This document shows positions 60,037 through 64,000 of a DNA stretch of 64,000 bases, piece after piece; the first letter of the stretch is position 1, and each line of letters starts with the position of its first letter. Where the stretch lies: the NCBI GenBank assembly GCA_046349735.1, contig JAXMBU010000026.1, positions 14,746-78,745 on the forward strand, given 5' to 3'. The position numbers and the translations under genes were made by a program. The DNA comes from Planctomycetaceae bacterium (lineage in GTDB: Bacteria > Planctomycetota > Planctomycetia > Planctomycetales > Planctomycetaceae). The notes under the pieces are model-generated. The model made no database searches. It saw only the letters and a program-made list of their open reading frames with translations, and was not told where the DNA came from.

Positions 60037-60993
60037 ATGACATTTTCTGCATCATCCAGAATTTTTGTGGCCGGCCATCGGGGGATGGTGGGCGCTGCCG
60101 TTGTGAGACAACTTCAGCAACAGGGATTCAATCAACTGTTACTGGCTTCGCGTTCGGAGCTGGATCTCACGAACCAGGAGGCCGTTAATCGCTGGTTCGA
60201 AAAGCATCGTCCCGATGTGGTCGTATTTGCGGCGGCGAAAGTTGGCGGGATTCATGCCAACAGCACCTATCCGGCCGAGTTCCTCTATCAGAACCTGGCG
60301 ATGGCTGCCAACGCGGTTCATGCGGCATGGCAGACTGGAACGCAGCGGTTTCTTTTTCTGGGCAGCACCTGCATCTATCCACGACTTGCCCCGCAGCCTA
60401 TACCGGAAAACAGTCTGTTGACCTCTCCTCTCGAAGAGACGAATGAGGCTTATGCGATTGCCAAGATCGCCGGACTGAAGTTATGCCAGTATTATCGCCG
60501 CCAGTATGGAGTGCTTTACCATTCTGCGATGCCGACCAATCTGTACGGGCCCGGCGACAACTATCATCCTGACAACAGTCACGTGCTGCCCGCACTGATT
60601 CGTCGCTTTCACGAAGCTAAAGTTGCTGATGCTCCTGTCGTCAACATCTGGGGGTCAGGAACTCCACTGCGAGAATTTCTGCATGTGGATGATCTGGCGG
60701 CTGGTATTGTGCATCTGTTGAAGCTGTCCAACCCGCCGGATCTCGTCAACATCGGCAGTGGGCAGGAGATCTCAATCCGAGGTGTCGCGGAACTTGTCGC
60801 TGACGTCGTCGGCTACTGTGGGCGAATCGAAAATGACCTTTCAAAACCGGACGGAACGCCTCGTAAGCTCAGCGACATCGGCTTAATTAAATCAACAGGC
60901 TGGTCACCACAGATCTCTTTACGAGATGGTTTAGCAGCTGCGTATCAGGATTTTTTGATGGCGACCAGTTCTCAACAGCTTCGTTCTTCGTAA
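60037..60993 (+). CDS. fcl: GDP-L-fucose synthase (GDP-4-keto-6-deoxymannose 3,5-epimerase/4-reductase)
   Basis: True start [19 protein letters not shown] at ATG 60037 (the ORF opens at 59821). YAIAKIAG supplies YxxxK. Also contains [17 protein letters not shown]. Confidence 0.9.
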   Translation: MTFSASSRIFVAGHRGMVGAAVVRQLQQQGFNQLLLASRSELDLTNQEAVNRWFEKHRPDVVVFAAAKVGGIHANSTYPAEFLYQNLAMAANAVHAAWQTGTQRFLFLGSTCIYPRLAPQPIPENSLLTSPLEETNEAYAIAKIAGLKLCQYYRRQYGVLYHSAMPTNLYGPGDNYHPDNSHVLPALIRRFHEAKVADAPVVNIWGSGTPLREFLHVDDLAAGIVHLLKLSNPPDLVNIGSGQEISIRGVAELVADVVGYCGRIENDLSKPDGTPRKLSDIGLIKSTGWSPQISLRDGLAAAYQDFLMATSSQQLRSS

Positions 60994-61196
60994 TTCTGTC
61001 CTGAATACCGTTCATTCGAGTGTGTCGCGGGAGCAGAATAGGCCAAGCTGCTCCAGCGGGTTCAGCTTGTGAGATACATTTCCCTCGGCAGTCGACTTGT
61101 CTGTCGGCTATTTGCTTCCAGTTATCCACGATGAACGAACTTCCAAAGTTCTTTCTTCTTCTTTTCACCATTTAGCATCACCCCACAATCTCTCCC

Positions 61197-62207
61197 ATGT
61201 CAAAGACTGCTTTCATCACAGGAATTACAGGTCAGGACGGTTCTTATCTTGCGGAACTGCTGCTCGAGAAAGGCTATAACGTCCACGGTTTGGTTCGTCG
61301 TGCCAGCACGTTCACCACGGGCCGCATCAATCATATTTATCAGGACCCTCATCAGAGTGGTCTAAGACTGTCCTTGCATTACGGTGACCTGACGGACGGG
61401 CAGAGCCTGACCAATCTGATCCTCGATATCGAACCGGATGAAATCTACAACCTCGGTGCTCAGAGCCATGTCCGCGTTTCATTTGATCAGCCGGTCTACA
61501 CTTTTCAGGCCACTGGTGGTGGTGCACTGAATGTGCTGGAAGCCGCACGGCAGCTGAATAAGAAGAAGCTGGTTAAGGTTTATCAGGCGTCGTCCAGTGA
61601 AATGTACGGCGAAGTGCTCGAAACGCCGCAGACAGAGAAAACGCCGTTTCAGCCGCAGAGCCCTTATGGCTGTGCCAAAGTTTTTGCATTCCACCAGACG
61701 GTGAACTACCGCAAGTCGTACGATATGTTTGCCGTCAACGGCATCCTCTTCAATCACGAGAGTCCGCGACGAGGTGAGACGTTCGTGACTCGCAAAATCA
61801 CTCGCGCTGCGACACGCATCAAGGTGGGGCTCCAGGAAAAGCTCTATCTGGGGAACCTCGAAGCGAAGCGCGACTGGGGCTATGCCAAAGATTATGTCGA
61901 AGGCATGTGGATGATGTTGCAGCACTCCGAGCCGGACGACTTTGTGCTGGCGACCGGGAAAACTCAGACGGTTCAGGAGTTTGCCGATCTGGTCTTTGCT
62001 CAACTGGGTCTGGATCCGAAAAAACACATCGAGATTGATCCACGGTACTTCCGACCGGCCGAAGTGGATCTGTTGCTGGGTGACTGCACCAAGGCCAAAG
62101 AAAAACTCGGCTGGACCGCAAAGACGGATCTTGCCGGACTGGCAAAACTGATGGTTGATCACGACCTCGAATTGGCAAAGCAGGAAGCTGTGCTGGCAAA
62201 AATGTAG
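61197..62207 (+). CDS. gmd: GDP-mannose 4,6-dehydratase
   Basis: 336 aa. Contains [43 protein letters not shown] and [11 protein letters not shown]. Confidence 0.95.
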   Translation: MSKTAFITGITGQDGSYLAELLLEKGYNVHGLVRRASTFTTGRINHIYQDPHQSGLRLSLHYGDLTDGQSLTNLILDIEPDEIYNLGAQSHVRVSFDQPVYTFQATGGGALNVLEAARQLNKKKLVKVYQASSSEMYGEVLETPQTEKTPFQPQSPYGCAKVFAFHQTVNYRKSYDMFAVNGILFNHESPRRGETFVTRKITRAATRIKVGLQEKLYLGNLEAKRDWGYAKDYVEGMWMMLQHSEPDDFVLATGKTQTVQEFADLVFAQLGLDPKKHIEIDPRYFRPAEVDLLLGDCTKAKEKLGWTAKTDLAGLAKLMVDHDLELAKQEAVLAKM

Positions 62208-62221
62208 GCCTTATACACTCC

Positions 62222-62324
62222 GTAGCCGGATTTGTGAGAGTTCGGTGCGTCTGTATTTCTGTAGCTGGATTCTCACGAATTCGGTGGGACTCCCTGAAAG
62301 ACATCCGAATTCTCACGAATTCGG
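62222..62324. repeat. Palindromic intergenic repeat element, copy B (tandemised; related to 47086-47153)
   Basis: GTAGCCGGATTTGTGAGAGTTCGG (62222-62245) and GTAGCTGGATTCTCACGAATTCGG (62261-62284). GAATTCGG, a 20-nt spacer, then CCGAATTCTCA has the same architecture as copy A. CCGAATTC-tcac-GAATTCGG lies at 62305-62324. Confidence 0.65.
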
Positions 62325-62431
62325 CGACTTTCAACACGCACGCCGTTTATGAACTCTGGCCTTTGGAAAAGTGCCGTGGGGCACTTCACCGTATCCCACG
62401 CCGAATTCCGACAATCACCTCGAGGTAACTC

Positions 62432-63058
62432 ATGATTGTGCCAACAACTCACCGACTGGAGAATGGAGACCGACTCGATCGAGCCGACTTCGAATGTCTC
62501 TGCGAGCTCCAGCAGGTGGAAAATGCAGAGTTGATTCATGGAGTTGTCCGAATGAATGCTGCGGCTCTTCGTTTTCGCCAACACGGCGAGCCTCACTCTT
62601 TCATCCTGGGTTGGCTCATCGCGTATAAGGCGGCGTCTCCGGACGTTGGCGTTGCCGACAATGTGTCCGTCCGATTTGACGAGAAGAATTTGCCACAGCC
62701 TGATGCCTTGATGTTCCTGCCCCTGGAGCAGGGCGGAGGCTGCCGAGTCGCCGAAGACGGATATCTTGAAGGTGTTCCGGAACTCATTGTGGAGATTGCC
62801 GCGAGCAGCGTGAGCTTTGACGCTCATGAAAAGAAAGACCTCTACGAATTGCATGGAGTCCGGGAGTACATTTTGTGGCGGACTGAGGACCATGAAATCG
62901 ACTGGTTTTTGCTCAGAAACTCACGCTATGTAAAACAATCGATAGATCCCAAGGGCTTACTACGAAGCGAAGTGTTTCCGGGACTGGTGCTTGACACCGT
63001 CGCCATGCTCAATGGTGACATCAAAGCAGTTCTCGCCGCACTGCCTCGAATGTTCTGA
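62432..63058 (+). CDS. Uma2-family (DUF820) putative endonuclease
   Basis: 208 aa. PDALMF, VPELIVEIAASS and KKDLYELHGVREYILW match the PD-(D/E)xK Uma2 signature order. Confidence 0.82.
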   Translation: MIVPTTHRLENGDRLDRADFECLCELQQVENAELIHGVVRMNAAALRFRQHGEPHSFILGWLIAYKAASPDVGVADNVSVRFDEKNLPQPDALMFLPLEQGGGCRVAEDGYLEGVPELIVEIAASSVSFDAHEKKDLYELHGVREYILWRTEDHEIDWFLLRNSRYVKQSIDPKGLLRSEVFPGLVLDTVAMLNGDIKAVLAALPRMF

Positions 63059-63078
63059 TAACTGGGCGACCAACTCGC

Positions 63079-63145
63079 GGTTCAACCAGGCCCCGGCCCC
63101 CGCGATTCAACCAAGCGCCAGGCACCTGTGATTTAACTAAGCACC
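63079..63145 (+). repeat. Three phased direct repeats (period 25-26 nt) immediately upstream of the second gmd gene
   Basis: GGTTCAACCAGGCCCC (63079), GATTCAACCAAGCGCC (63104) and GATTTAACTAAGCACC (63130). Neighbouring copies match at 13/16. The last copy ends 13 nt before ATG 63159. Confidence 0.55.
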
Positions 63146-63158
63146 TGCATTCTCCCTC

Positions 63159-64000
63159 ATGATCGCACTCATCACTGGAATCACAGGCCAGGACGGTTCG
63201 TACCTGACCGAACTGCTGCTGGAAAAAGGCTACGAAGTTCATGGCATCGTGCGCCGCAGCAGTACGCTCGAACGATCGCGTCTGCAGTCCTTTTATGGCG
63301 ACGACAACGTCTATGAGAAGAAGTTGTTCCTGCACTACGCCGATCTTTCTGACACCACCACGATCCGTCGCATCATCAACAAAGTGCAGCCAACCGAGTT
63401 TTATCACCTTGCTGGACAGTCTCACGTGGGACTCAGCTTTGAGATCCCTGAAAGCACATGTGATCTGACCGCGATGGGAAGTCTCAGGATTATGGAAATC
63501 CTGCGAGATCTCCCGAGTCCTCCGAAGTTTCTGCATGCCAGCAGCCGCGAAATCTTCGGGACACCGACAGTGAGTCCTCAGGATGAATCAACGCCGATCA
63601 ATCCGAATTCACCGTACGGCTGTGCCAAGGCCTTCGCCACGCAGATGACAAAGATTTATCGTGAAGCGCACGGGCTCTTTTTCTGCAACGCGATTTGTTA
63701 CAACCATGAAAGCCCGCGGCGAGGTGAGAACTTTGTGACTCGCAAAGTGACGCTGGCCGCCGCACGCATTAAGGCCGGATTGCAGAAGTCCGTCAGTCTC
63801 GGAGATCTCGACTCCGCCCGCGATTGGGGTTACGCCAAAGACTTTGTCCACGCCATGTGGCTGATGCTGCAGCAGGACAAGGCGGATGATTATGTGCTGG
63901 CGACCGGTGAATCGCACACCATTCGCGAATTGTTAGAAGTCGCGTTTTCCCATGTCGGACTGAACTGGCAGGATCACGTGAAGATAGACAAACGCTTTAG
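63159..64000 (+). CDS. gmd: GDP-mannose 4,6-dehydratase paralog (3' end beyond the window)
   Basis: Absent from the ORF track because there is no stop in the window. My hand translation from ATG 63159 reads [29 protein letters not shown] ... SPYGCAKAF ... [17 protein letters not shown] ... [10 protein letters not shown], open to base 64000. Confidence 0.9.
   Translation, partial: MIALITGITGQDGSYLTELLLEKGYEVHGIVRRSSTLERSRLQSFYGDDNVYEKKLFLHYADLSDTTTIRRIINKVQPTEFYHLAGQSHVGLSFEIPESTCDLTAMGSLRIMEILRDLPSPPKFLHASSREIFGTPTVSPQDESTPINPNSPYGCAKAFATQMTKIYREAHGLFFCNAICYNHESPRRGENFVTRKVTLAAARIKAGLQKSVSLGDLDSARDWGYAKDFVHAMWLMLQQDKADDYVLATGESHTIRELLEVAFSHVGLNWQDHVKIDKRF

Overview
This window looks like a chromosomal segment from a Planctomycetota-like genome. 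The clues are a DUF1501 / cytochrome-c-domain (PSCyt-type) gene pair, many signal-peptide orphan ORFs and loose operon structure. All calls come from reading the supplied translations and the DNA by eye; no similarity search was run.

Content in order:
- 1-3.3 kb: the 3' end of rpoC, then rpsL-rpsG.
- 3.4-16.5 kb: a 13.5 kb block of unrelated genes. It holds an SDR, a tandem-FAS1 fasciclin protein, folE-queD, a CHAP-like secreted protein, the DUF1501/PSCyt pair, an esterase, a PQQ-like propeller and an Fe-ADH.
- 16.7-31.9 kb: a divergent EF-G followed by a compact S10-spc-alpha ribosomal cluster (rpsJ to rplQ, including secY, rpmJ and rpoA).
- 33.5-37.0 kb: an NAD-salvage operon, pncB-nrtR-pncA-kptA, with a candidate NrtR operator.
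- 37-50 kb: housekeeping genes (2-hydroxyacid dehydrogenase, DegT aminotransferase, pyrF, folK, mutM, cysH) interleaved with orphan secreted proteins.
- 51-64 kb: an envelope polysaccharide region. It holds a WecA/MraY-like transferase, an O-antigen-ligase-like/TPR protein, a BY-kinase, a GT4, fcl, and two gmd paralogs flanking a Uma2 endonuclease gene.

I found no rRNA, tRNA, CRISPR array, transposase, integrase, prophage or recognisable defence system, and I cannot point to a clearly novel multi-gene system.

The items most worth a second look are:
- the NrtR operator and the Tpt1/KptA link to NAD salvage;
- the ribosomal-cluster anomalies: no rplX, a split str operon, a 53-62 nt rpsC/rplP overlap, and an EF-G with a non-canonical domain IV loop;
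- a dispersed palindromic repeat family at 47.1 kb and 62.2 kb;
- a 26-bp-arm hairpin at 39.9 kb;
- three phased direct repeats upstream of the second gmd.
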